Below, in pieces: positions 12,872 to 21,961 of a DNA stretch of 64,000 bases. Positions within the stretch are counted from its first letter, which is position 1. The number at the start of each line of letters is the position of its first letter. Made by a program: the position numbers and the translations under genes. Below the pieces are notes generated by a model. The model was not told where the DNA came from. It saw only the letters and a program-made list of their open reading frames with translations, and searched no databases. The stretch is from Nitrospirota bacterium (GTDB taxonomy: Bacteria > Nitrospirota > Thermodesulfovibrionia > Thermodesulfovibrionales > JdFR-86): NCBI GenBank assembly GCA_963721805.1, contig CAVRJY010000001.1, forward strand, positions 1,472,001 to 1,536,000, in the 5' to 3' direction.

Positions 12872-13918
12872 ATGAGCGTAAAACTCACACAGCTCGCGAG
12901 CTGCTCCGGCTGAGCGGCCAAATACAGTCCTCGCGACCTGTACCACGTGCTGGCACAGCTTCCAAAATTCTCCGACCCAAACATCCTCGTCGGCTCGGCC
13001 AACGCCGACGACGCGGGCGTCTATCGCCTCTCGGATGACCTCGCGCTGGTGTTGACCGCCGACTTCTTCACCCCGATAGTGGACGACCCTTACGCCTTCG
13101 GCGCCATAGCCGCCGCAAACGCGCTCTCCGACGTTTGGGCGATGGGCGGCCGGGCGATCACCGCCCTGAACGTCGCGATGTTCCCGGCCGGGCCGGTCTA
13201 CGCCCCGATACTTATAGAGGTCATGCGCGGGGGCATCGAGAAGATGGCCGAGGCCGGAGTCGGCATCATCGGCGGCCACACGATCAAGGACAAGGAGCCC
13301 AAGTTCGGCTTCGCCGTGACGGGCCTCATTCATCCAAAAAATATACACGACAACACGATGGCGAGGCCCGGCGACGCGATGATACTCACCAAGAAGATCG
13401 GAACCGGCATCGTGGCCACCGGGATCAAGAGCGACAAGGCCCGCCCCGAAGCTATCGCCGAGGCCATAGGCTCGATGAGCAGCCTTAACAAACGGGCGAG
13501 CGAGATCATGGTCGAGGTTGGCGTGAGCACCGCGACCGACATAACCGGCTTCGGCCTGATCGGGCACATGCACGAGGTGCTCGCCGCAAGCGGCCGCACG
13601 GCGCGCGTATACAGCCGGAGCGTCCCGTATTTCGATGAAGCGTTAAGGCTCCTGGCGATGGGCATCGCGCCGGGCGGCACGAAGGAAAACGTCACGACGT
13701 TCGAGAAGTACGTCCAGTGGGGCCATGGGGTCACCGAACAGGACATGCTGCTGCTTTGCGACGCGCAGACCTCGGGCGGGCTGCTGATATTCGTCCCGCA
13801 GGGCAGGAAGAACGAGCTCGTCTCGGCCCTGCAGTCCGAGGGCATCCTCGCAGCACACGTCGGGGACGTCCTGGACGCCCCGGCCAGTGGCGACAGGAAG
13901 ATCTTCGTCGAGACCTAG
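12872..13918 (+). CDS. selD: selenide,water dikinase with in-frame selenocysteine (UGA 12911-12913)
   Basis: AAGGAGG RBS, ATG 12872, MSVKLTQLASCSG-U-AAK; in frame with ORF 12947..13918 (DDAGVY, DFFTP, ANALSD, GGHT, DITGFG, DAQTSGGLL). Confidence 0.93.
12923..12942 (+). promoter_or_regulatory. candidate bacterial SECIS hairpin
   Basis: TACAGTC-CTCGC-GAC(C)TGTA stem-loop starting 9 nt after the in-frame UGA. Confidence 0.5.
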
Positions 13919-14086
13919 CAGCCCTACCCCGCTTCGCGGTTTAGCGTTCGCCTCGCCCCGCCACAGCCCCATAGCCAATCCGCATCTTAATCATGCGCAT
14001 CAACTGGTTTGAATAATCATTGTATATAGACTTATCATAATATCAAGCGCCAGAAGCCGGTCCGTATGCCGGCAATGAGGGATAAT

Positions 14087-14851
14087 ATGAAGGCATATCT
14101 TATATCTATGATCGCAATAATTGTTTTATTGAGCTGCAAGGCGGCTGAACAGCCATCTTTCATCGACCCCGCCACCGGCATGGAGTTCGTGAAGGTCAGT
14201 GGCGGATGTTATCAGATGGGGGACACATTCGGAGACGGCGAGCTTGACGAGCGCCCCGTCCACAAGGTCTGCGTTGGAGATTTCGATCTCGGCAAGTTCG
14301 AGGTGACCCAGAAGCAGTGGCGGGATGTGATGGGAGAAAACCCCTCCGAGTTCAGTCAGTGCGGCGGGGATTGTCCGGTGGAAAACGTAAGCTGGGACGA
14401 TGCGCAGGATTTTATAGCCGCGATCAACAGGAAATACGGCGTGCGATACCGGCTCCCGACAGAGGCCGAATGGGAGTATGCGGCCCGCAGCGGCGGCAGG
14501 CGTGACAGGTACTCAGGGACTAGCAAAGAAGCCGCGGTCGAAGACTATGCCTGGGTCGCGAGCAATTCCGAAGGCCATACGCATCCGGTGGGGGCCAAGA
14601 AACCTAACGGGCTGGGATTATATGACATGAGCGGTAACGTCTGGGAGTGGACCGGGGATTGCTATGATGACGGCTACTATCAGCATAGCCCGGTGGATAA
14701 CCCGGCGGGTCCGCCCACATGCCTCAGACGGGTGTTTCGGGGGGGCTCGTGGTTTCGGTATCCTGCGGATGTACGCGCGTCTCTGCGCAGCAACTATGCG
14801 CCAGATGTCAGACGCAGCAGTTTCGGGCTCCGCATGCTGAGAATGAAGTGA
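14087..14851 (+). CDS. formylglycine-generating enzyme (SUMF1/FGE-sulfatase) fold lipoprotein
   Basis: Lipobox LLSC; RLPTEAEWEYAAR, NGLGLYDMSGNVWEW, RGGSW. Confidence 0.88.
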   Translation: MKAYLISMIAIIVLLSCKAAEQPSFIDPATGMEFVKVSGGCYQMGDTFGDGELDERPVHKVCVGDFDLGKFEVTQKQWRDVMGENPSEFSQCGGDCPVENVSWDDAQDFIAAINRKYGVRYRLPTEAEWEYAARSGGRRDRYSGTSKEAAVEDYAWVASNSEGHTHPVGAKKPNGLGLYDMSGNVWEWTGDCYDDGYYQHSPVDNPAGPPTCLRRVFRGGSWFRYPADVRASLRSNYAPDVRRSSFGLRMLRMK

Positions 14852-14946
14852 TCCTCTGGGTCACGGCCACGGTCAGCATCGGGCTCACCGTCTACTCCCT
14901 GCTTATATGAAGCCATACAGCCAATAATACGCGCTATAATAATCAC

Positions 14947-15396
14947 ATGAGCATCGTCCTCGTCAGCGCCTGTCTCGCCGGCTATCCGTGCAGGTATGAC
15001 CGCACCCACCGCTTAAACGAAAAGGTCCGCGCCATGGTGCGCGAGGGCCTCGCGGTGCCGATATGCCCCGAGCAGCTGGCCGGGCTCGGCGCCCCCCGGA
15101 TGAAGATCGAGTTCGACTCGGAGGGCGGCGGCGCGGCCGTGCTGGACGGCCTCGGAGGAGCGCATTTCGAGGACGGCACGGACTGCACGGTCGTGCTTAT
15201 GAGGGCCGCCGATGAGGTGCTGCGCCTGGCTAAGTTATACGGGGCCACCGGGGCCGTGCTTAAGGACGGCAGCCCGTCGTGCGGGGTGACATACGTCTAT
15301 ACCGGCGGCAGGCGGGTGCCTGGCCGGGGCACGGCTGCCGAGCGCCTCAGGCGGGAAGGCATAGAGGTGCGGGGCGTTGATACCCTTCAGGAGTGA
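14947..15396 (+). CDS. DUF523 family (2-thiouracil desulfurase-like) Fe-S protein
   Basis: VSACLAG..CRYD, CPEQLAGL, SPSCG. Confidence 0.85.
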   Translation: MSIVLVSACLAGYPCRYDRTHRLNEKVRAMVREGLAVPICPEQLAGLGAPRMKIEFDSEGGGAAVLDGLGGAHFEDGTDCTVVLMRAADEVLRLAKLYGATGAVLKDGSPSCGVTYVYTGGRRVPGRGTAAERLRREGIEVRGVDTLQE

Positions 15397-16048
15397 CGTC
15401 CGCTCGCGTACGTTTCCGTATTTCACAATCGGGATAATCGCGCTAAACGTGGCTGTGTTCGTGTTTTCGCTATATGCCGGGATCGAGCCGGTGACGATGC
15501 TGTTCGGCGCGGTCCCGCTGGCCCTCATGTCCCACGTGAGCCCCCAGCCGATAAGCCCCCTGGCGACCGTCTTCACCTCCATGTTCCTGCACGCGGGGTT
15601 TCTGCACATCGGGGGCAACATGCTCTATCTGTGGATTTTCGGCGGCAATGTCGAAGACAGGATGGGCCACATGAGGTTCCTCGCCTTTTACCTCAGCGGC
15701 GGGATAGCGGCTGCGTATTCGCACGCGATCTTAAACGCGACCTCCACGATGCCGATGGTAGGCGCGAGCGGGGCGATATCGGCGGTGCTCGGGGCTTACA
15801 TTTATCTATATCCCCGCGCCCGCATAGACACGCTGGTATTCCTGGGGTTCTTCTTCCAGATCATACGGCTGCCCGCCTTGATAGTTATCGGGGTTTGGTT
15901 TATTATACAGGTCATCAGCGGGATGCTCTCTAGCGCGGCTAGTGAAGGCAGCATGGGCGGCGTTGCCTGGTTCGCCCACATAGGGGGCTTTCTCTACGGC
16001 CTGATCACCGTATTTATCTTCGTGCCTGGAAGGAGGCGCTTGGCGTGA
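15377..16048 (+). CDS. rhomboid family intramembrane serine protease
   Basis: HIGGNM, GASGA, AHIGG. Confidence 0.9.
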   Translation: MIPFRSDVRSRTFPYFTIGIIALNVAVFVFSLYAGIEPVTMLFGAVPLALMSHVSPQPISPLATVFTSMFLHAGFLHIGGNMLYLWIFGGNVEDRMGHMRFLAFYLSGGIAAAYSHAILNATSTMPMVGASGAISAVLGAYIYLYPRARIDTLVFLGFFFQIIRLPALIVIGVWFIIQVISGMLSSAASEGSMGGVAWFAHIGGFLYGLITVFIFVPGRRRLA

Positions 16049-16941
16049 TTATTGTCTGCCCTCGGTGCCAGACCAAACTCAGGATTCCTGACGAAAAGAT
16101 TAAGCCCGAGGGCTCGAAGTTCAAGTGCCCGAAGTGCCCGGCCGTGCTGAATATCAGGAGGCCCGCGGCTCATGCGCCCGCGCCCGAGGCCCTCTCAGAG
16201 CCCGTGATCGAGCAAAAGATCCCGGTAGTGGCCCCGCCGGCGGCCGCAGCGCCCGCGCTCGCTCCGCACACGGTCCTCGTGGCGCACGAAAACGAGACGG
16301 CCGCGCGCGATGCCGAGTCCGCGCTTGCTGCGCTGGGGTTCTCTGTCCTCAGGGCGAGCGACGGGGTGCAGGCGATGATAGCCGCTCTGAAGGGCAGGCC
16401 ATCGGTCGTGCTCGCGGATCCCGCGCTGCCGAAGATTGGCGGCTTCGACCTGGCCAGGACCATGAAAGAACGCCCTGAACTCAGGGGCATAAAAGTCGCG
16501 ATCATCAGTTCGTCCAGGGACTACCGGCGCGCCCGGCGAAACCCGCAGGTCTCGGCCGATATCGACGCGTATATCGACGAGGACGAACTGGCGTCCGGGA
16601 TGGGCGCGATGCTGCGCACTACGCTGTCTGTCGAGATGCCCCCGGCCCCGCCACCGGTACAGCAGGAAATAACCCCTGCCGCCGAGGAAAGCGACGCGGA
16701 GAAACGCGCGAGGCGGCTCGTCCGCACTGTGTTTTCCGACATAGCGCTCTATAACCCGGAGAAGCTCGTGGACGCCCTCCGCACCAACACCTTCGCGCAA
16801 CTCTTCGAGGAGGACATCAGGGAGGGCTATAAGCACTACGTAAGCCGAGTGCCCGACGACGTCCGCAAGCGGAGAGACTACTTCAAGGAAACCATGGACG
16901 ATTTCATCGCCACGAAGAAACACGCCCTGGGCATCGAGTAA
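16045..16941 (+). CDS. zinc-ribbon (MJ0042-type) + receiver-domain protein
   Basis: CPRC...CPKC N-terminus, Pro/Ala linker, REC-like domain, C-terminal ARRLVRTVFSDIALYN. Confidence 0.75.
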   Translation: MIIVCPRCQTKLRIPDEKIKPEGSKFKCPKCPAVLNIRRPAAHAPAPEALSEPVIEQKIPVVAPPAAAAPALAPHTVLVAHENETAARDAESALAALGFSVLRASDGVQAMIAALKGRPSVVLADPALPKIGGFDLARTMKERPELRGIKVAIISSSRDYRRARRNPQVSADIDAYIDEDELASGMGAMLRTTLSVEMPPAPPPVQQEITPAAEESDAEKRARRLVRTVFSDIALYNPEKLVDALRTNTFAQLFEEDIREGYKHYVSRVPDDVRKRRDYFKETMDDFIATKKHALGIE

Positions 16942-17131
16942 CAAGCCACCGCATCCCCCCAGGAAGTATTTTAAAAAAGGCTGCCTCACCCGACCGTTTT
17001 CGGGCTTCCCATGCCTCACCACATAAAGTGAAATTTCCACATGACAACCTGCGCATTTCGGTGTACTATCTGGCTAATCGGCAAAGCAAGCCCCTTGAGG
17101 GCTGCAAATTAAAGCCTCAAAGGAGATATCT

Positions 17132-17773
17132 ATGATGAAAGCTTTATCGGCACTGGCACTGGTTTTGATGTTCCTATTCGCGACGGGCTGCGCCTGCATC
17201 AGCCATGACTGCAGGGCTGGTATAGACGACGGCAAGGTCGTATGCAAAACCCTTAATGACTGCGGCGTCTGCAACGCGCCCACGTGCGAAAAGACCGTCT
17301 GCCCGGACTGCCCGACTTGTCCGCCTCCGCCTGCTTGTCCTGTTCAGGCCGCATGCCCGCCCCCGCCTCCTGTGTCGCACGAACCCTTAGCCACATGCGC
17401 GGACATCCCGGACATGAACATATACTTCGATACCAACAAGTACGATCTCGTGACAACGGGCGACGCGAAGCCGAACGAGAACACGGCCACCCTCGACAAG
17501 ATCGTCGATAGCCTCAAAAATCCGGACGACGAGATGCTCGGCGTATTTATCGCGAGCCGTTGCGACGAACGCGGCTCGATCGAGCTCAACCACAAGCTCG
17601 GCGAGAACCGCGCCATGAGCGTCAGAAAATACCTCATGGACAAAGGCATCTCCGAAAACAGGATCAAGATCATCAACAGCGGCAAGGAAAGCCCTCTCTG
17701 CCCGGAGAAGACCAGGGAGTGCTACCAGATAAACAGAAGCGCGGCTATATACTGGTTTAAACTGCACAATTAA
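17132..17773 (+). CDS. OmpA/Pal-family peptidoglycan-binding lipoprotein with Cys/Pro-rich N-terminus
   Basis: Lipobox ATGC; IYFD, CDERGS..LN..LGENRA, GKE. Confidence 0.8.
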   Translation: MMKALSALALVLMFLFATGCACISHDCRAGIDDGKVVCKTLNDCGVCNAPTCEKTVCPDCPTCPPPPACPVQAACPPPPPVSHEPLATCADIPDMNIYFDTNKYDLVTTGDAKPNENTATLDKIVDSLKNPDDEMLGVFIASRCDERGSIELNHKLGENRAMSVRKYLMDKGISENRIKIINSGKESPLCPEKTRECYQINRSAAIYWFKLHN

Positions 17774-17784
17774 TCAAAGCCGAC

Positions 17785-17824
17785 GGGGGCTCCCGGCGTA
17801 CTCGCCGGGGGCCTCTTTTTTTTT
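17785..17824 (+). terminator. rho-independent terminator
   Basis: GGGGGCTCCCGGCG-TACT-CGCCGGGGGCCTC followed by a T run. Confidence 0.8.
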
Positions 17825-17963
17825 GCGGTCCCACGGGTTGCACGTTCACTCTATCCGGATGATTTTCCGCGGGACTTTCTCAGCGTTTGGGTGTAATATC
17901 TTCTCTATCGGCACGGCACGCCCATGGGGGCGGAAAATAAATATTCAAACAGGAGGGATTTAA

Positions 17964-18491
17964 ATGAGAGCTTCAGCAGCACTGATCGTGGTGATGTTCG
18001 CTATTGCACTGGGTTGCGTATGCGTCAATCCGAGCCTCAAGACATGCGAAAAACCGGGCCCTGGCAGTATGGCCCCGGCAGCGCAGCCGCCTAAGGCTCC
18101 TGAAATGGCGAAGACCATGCCGGCCTGCCCGGTGGATGAGCTGGAGAGCCTCCAGGCGACGCTCAAGGACGTCCGGTTCGATTACAACAAATACGAGATC
18201 CTGAAGAGCGACGTACCCAAGCTCAAGACCCTCGCAAAGATCCTCACAGAACACCCGGAACTGGGCGTAAGGATCGAGGGCAATTGCGACGAACGCGGCA
18301 CCGAAGAGTATAACCTCGCGCTCGGCGTCAAGCGCGCAAATGCGGCAAAAGATTACCTGACTGAAAAGCTCGGCGTCCCCGAGATGAAGATAAGGACCTC
18401 GAGCAACGGGAAGGACAAACCGATCTGCGAGGAGCATAACGAAAAGTGCTGGGCCAAGAACCGCAGGGACGAACTTATCCTCACTCAATAA
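17964..18491 (+). CDS. Pal/OmpA-family lipoprotein
   Basis: Lipobox ALGC; FDYNK, IEGNCDERGTEEYNLALGVKRA, KNRR. Confidence 0.85.
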   Translation: MRASAALIVVMFAIALGCVCVNPSLKTCEKPGPGSMAPAAQPPKAPEMAKTMPACPVDELESLQATLKDVRFDYNKYEILKSDVPKLKTLAKILTEHPELGVRIEGNCDERGTEEYNLALGVKRANAAKDYLTEKLGVPEMKIRTSSNGKDKPICEEHNEKCWAKNRRDELILTQ

Positions 18492-18500
18492 TGAATCCAT

Positions 18501-18531
18501 CCAGGGCCCCCGCCATACACGGGGGCCCTGG
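18501..18531 (+). terminator. GC-rich hairpin / terminator
   Basis: CCAGGGCCCCC-N9-GGGGGCCCTGG just after the stop codon. Confidence 0.55.
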
Positions 18532-18796
18532 AATGCCTAAATAAGCCTTTGCCCAAGGGGCGCGGAGGCCTACAGTGACGTATGTTGACGACGAGGCCCG
18601 GTTGGCCGAGTAGTGCCGCGACGGCGCATGATGCGGCTTTGGCGCGCATCCATGCAAGCAACTGATAAGCATTTATGGCGGTATTAGTGTTACAATGCAG
18701 TGTTGTACAAATCTAAATATTGGCGGTGCATCGAGCTGGAGAAAGAAAGAAAAACCTTTTTGGCTCTCGTTACACGGCCAGGAGGACTGACAGAGT

Positions 18797-20071
18797 ATGA
18801 GTTTTGAGGCATTCGGTTTAGACGCAAGGATTTTAGCAGGAGTAAAGCTAGCAGGCTACGAGTCTCCGACCCCCATCCAAGTGAAGTCGATCCCCGGCAT
18901 TATGGAAGGCCACGACCTTATGGGCCTCGCCCAGACCGGCACGGGAAAGACAGCGGCGTTCGTGCTCCCGATGCTCCACCACATGCTGTCCGCGCATCCC
19001 TCGACGGACGGCACGGCCCGCAAGAAGATCCGGGGCCTGATCATCGCGCCGACCAGAGAGCTGGCGGAGCAGATCAACGACTCGATCAAGGAACTCGGCA
19101 AGAAGACCCCGTTTAAGAGCATGACTATCTACGGCGGCGCTTCTGCCCACAACCAGCTGAGCAAGCTGCAAAAGGGCGTGGACATCGTCGTGGCCTGCCC
19201 CGGCCGCCTGCTCGACCACATGGGACAGGGCAACGTGGACCTCACGGGCGTCGAGATGCTCGTCCTCGACGAGGCCGACAGGATGCTCGATATGGGCTTC
19301 CTGCCGGACATAACGCGGATCATCAAGCAGCTTCCGAAGAAGAGGCAGACGATGCTTTTCTCTGCCACCATGCCGGACGAGATCCGCAAGCTCACCTCGC
19401 AGCTTATGCACCTGCCCGTTACGGTGCAGGTCGACCACGGCACGCCGGCCAAGACCGTATCACACACGCTCTACCCCGTGGCCGAGCACCTGAAGACCTC
19501 GCTGCTGATCGCGCTGCTCCGGCAGATCGGCTCGGGCAGCGTGCTCGTCTTCACGCGCACGAAGTCGCGCACGAGGCGCATAGCCGAGCGGCTCCAGAAA
19601 GAGGGTTTTAATGCCTCCCCGCTACAGGGCGACATGACTCAGGGAAAACGCCAGGAGTCGCTTGACGGCTTCAGGAGCGGCAAGTACCAGATACTGGTCG
19701 CGACAGACATAGCCGCCAGAGGCGTGGACGTCCTCGGCATATCGCACGTCATAAACTACGACATGCCGGATACCTCTGACGCATATACGCACCGCGTCGG
19801 CAGGACCGGGAGGGCCGAACGCTCCGGCGAGGCCATCACGCTCGTGACGATGGACGACAAGATCGCGGTGCAGAGCCTCGAGCGCAACGTCGGCATCGAG
19901 CTGATCCTGCGCGAGCTCGAGGGGTTTGACTACAACGTCGCGGCTCCGCCACGCTCCACTGCCCCGCGCCGCCCAGGCGGCGGAAGCAGGAGGCCGTCAT
20001 CCGGCTCGCCGCGCGGCGGCTCTGGCGGCGGCAGGACCTCCAGCCGCGGACCCAGGCGCACCTCTTCATAA
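18797..20071 (+). CDS. DEAD-box RNA helicase (RhlE-like)
   Basis: Q motif, AQTGTGKT, PTRELA, DEAD, SAT, HRVGRTGR; basic Gly/Arg tail. Confidence 0.93.
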   Translation: MSFEAFGLDARILAGVKLAGYESPTPIQVKSIPGIMEGHDLMGLAQTGTGKTAAFVLPMLHHMLSAHPSTDGTARKKIRGLIIAPTRELAEQINDSIKELGKKTPFKSMTIYGGASAHNQLSKLQKGVDIVVACPGRLLDHMGQGNVDLTGVEMLVLDEADRMLDMGFLPDITRIIKQLPKKRQTMLFSATMPDEIRKLTSQLMHLPVTVQVDHGTPAKTVSHTLYPVAEHLKTSLLIALLRQIGSGSVLVFTRTKSRTRRIAERLQKEGFNASPLQGDMTQGKRQESLDGFRSGKYQILVATDIAARGVDVLGISHVINYDMPDTSDAYTHRVGRTGRAERSGEAITLVTMDDKIAVQSLERNVGIELILRELEGFDYNVAAPPRSTAPRRPGGGSRRPSSGSPRGGSGGGRTSSRGPRRTSS

Positions 20072-20212
20072 ACGCTGCAAGCCCGCCCTCCGCCGCGCGC
20101 GATCCCCGCGCCGGCCGCGGGCGGGCCCTCAGCATCCAGATAACAATTGACTTCCGCGCTCCCGCGCTGTGATAATAGCCATTATAATTAATGAGGGCGA
20201 TAAGTAGTCTAA

Positions 20213-20539
20213 ATGGAAAGCGGCAAACTCGACAGAAAGCGCCTGCTGAGGGCCTCGATGGGGATCGGGGTGGCCTTCAGCGTCCTCGTATTCTTCCTCA
20301 TGGACCTGCTCTATTCAGACAGCGGCTCGTGGCGCGAGGTCATAGCGCTGGACCTGAAGTCAAACTACGGCATGGACGTCACGATCCACAGCCCGGCGGT
20401 CTATCTGGTATACGTGCTGATACTGATGTTCCTGATGGCCGTGGGCGCGGGGATGGGGTATCTTTTCTTCCGCATAATGGAGAAGTTCTTCTCGCTCCTG
20501 CACGGCGCGGCGAAGGACGGAGGCCATCATGAGGGATAG
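20213..20539 (+). CDS. two-TM membrane protein overlapping the cytochrome gene
   Basis: Two hydrophobic helices; overlaps the start of 20529..21407. Confidence 0.65.
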   Translation: MESGKLDRKRLLRASMGIGVAFSVLVFFLMDLLYSDSGSWREVIALDLKSNYGMDVTIHSPAVYLVYVLILMFLMAVGAGMGYLFFRIMEKFFSLLHGAAKDGGHHEG

Positions 20540-21407
20540 GCGCAGCGGCCGCCTGGGCAACCGCGGCATGGCCCGCATGGGCATATTATCGCTGCTCGCG
20601 CTGTTTTGCGGGCTCGCGCTGTTTACGGGATACAAGTACTACAAATACTATTTCGAGTCGCCCGACGTATGCATGCTCTGCCACCCGATGGAAGAGGGCT
20701 ACAAGCAGTGGAACGCGAGCAAGCACAACGACATCATCTGCCAGCGCTGCCACACTATCAGCGCGATGGAGGGCAACCGCCTCCTGTTTAAGTACTTCGT
20801 CGCGGGGAGCAACTCGGTCGCCGAGGACCACGGCCGCATCGAGCCCTGGAAGCACTGCATGGAGTGCCACGAATCGGCCGCGTACTCTGGCGCGGTGACG
20901 CTCAGGAAGTCGCATGGACATGCGCGCCACGTATTCATGAAGGGCATGCAGTGCAACGCCTGCCACACGCCGGACATGCGCACGGATTTCAAGCCTGACC
21001 AGAGCCGCTGCCTGGGCTGCCACCCCGAACGCCTCGTGCACGGCATGGGCACGACCGGGATGCGCTGCCTCAACTGCCACAACTTCATCGAGTCGACCTC
21101 ATCGCCGGTCTCGGAGGACAAGTGCATCCAGTGCCACAAGGACGTCAAGAAGGGCAAGGTGATGGCGCAGCTCAAGTGCTTCGACTGCCACCACCCGCAC
21201 GACAAGCTAAAGCTCATCGACCAGGACTGCATGAGCAGCTGCCATGCCAACCAGGTCCGCGTGGGCCAGCACGGGCTGCACCTCAGGCAGGGCATGAAGT
21301 GCCTCGGCTGCCATAAGCCGCACGAGTGGGCGGTCGGCCCGCAGCAGGCGCGCGGGCTGTGCGACCGCTGCCATCCGCTCAGGAACCCGAACGCCTTTAT
21401 CTATTAG
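20529..21407 (+). CDS. membrane-anchored multiheme cytochrome c (10 CxxCH + 1 CxxxCH)
   Basis: N-terminal TM then CMLCH, CQRCH, CMECH, CNACH, CLGCH, CLNCH, CIQCH, CFDCH, CMSSCH, CLGCH, CDRCH. Confidence 0.9.
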   Translation: MRDRRSGRLGNRGMARMGILSLLALFCGLALFTGYKYYKYYFESPDVCMLCHPMEEGYKQWNASKHNDIICQRCHTISAMEGNRLLFKYFVAGSNSVAEDHGRIEPWKHCMECHESAAYSGAVTLRKSHGHARHVFMKGMQCNACHTPDMRTDFKPDQSRCLGCHPERLVHGMGTTGMRCLNCHNFIESTSSPVSEDKCIQCHKDVKKGKVMAQLKCFDCHHPHDKLKLIDQDCMSSCHANQVRVGQHGLHLRQGMKCLGCHKPHEWAVGPQQARGLCDRCHPLRNPNAFIY

Positions 21408-21440
21408 AAAAACCTATCTCAGCTTTAAGACAGGTTCGGC

Positions 21441-21626
21441 CTACTTCTCGTACGTTATCGCTTCGACCGGGCATATGCCGGCCGCGGACTCGCAGTCGCA
21501 CGACGAGCACTTGCTCGCGTCCACGACGTAGGCCTTCTCGCCTGCATCGAGCTGGAACACCTCCGGGCACAGCTCCACGCACGACCCGCATCCAACGCAC
21601 GTATCCTGATCCACGATTAGTTTCAT
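21441..21626 (-). CDS. small ferredoxin
   Basis: GGAGG RBS; MKLIVDQDTCVGCGSCVELCPEVF...CPVEAI. Confidence 0.9.
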   Translation of the reverse strand: MKLIVDQDTCVGCGSCVELCPEVFQLDAGEKAYVVDASKCSSCDCESAAGICPVEAITYEK

Positions 21627-21762
21627 GCCTGCCTCCCTGGGATTATGTGTGACTCTTGCATAGATGATATAACGGCAAGTCCCGCCGCGCAACATCAAGG
21701 CAGGGGCCGATAAAGTTTTCGGCCGCACGTTCCGATAAGTTACTCATAAGGAGGGAACGGAC

Positions 21763-21939
21763 ATGACTACACGCGAGACCATAGAGGCGCTGAGGAACTC
21801 CGAGATATGGGTCTGCCTGTCCGACGAGGAGAAGGCCGACGCGATAAGCTACGCTCTCTCCGCGCTGGGGCTGAAGTTCCATCCACGCGCAGAGCGCGAC
21901 GACGTGGCCGGGCTGCTCGGGGAGACCTACGGCGGCTGA
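21763..21939 (+). CDS. 58-aa hypothetical protein (MTTRETIEALRNSEIW...LGETYGG)
   Basis: AAGGAGGG RBS; host-like codon usage; fills the intergenic gap; missed by the ORF track. Confidence 0.65.
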   Translation: MTTRETIEALRNSEIWVCLSDEEKADAISYALSALGLKFHPRAERDDVAGLLGETYGG

Positions 21940-21961
21940 GCCTCACCGGACATGAGCCGCG

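Noticed and set aside
14087..14851. FGE/C-type-lectin-fold protein as a diversity-generating retroelement target
   Set aside because: No template repeat matching its 3' end and no reverse transcriptase in the window
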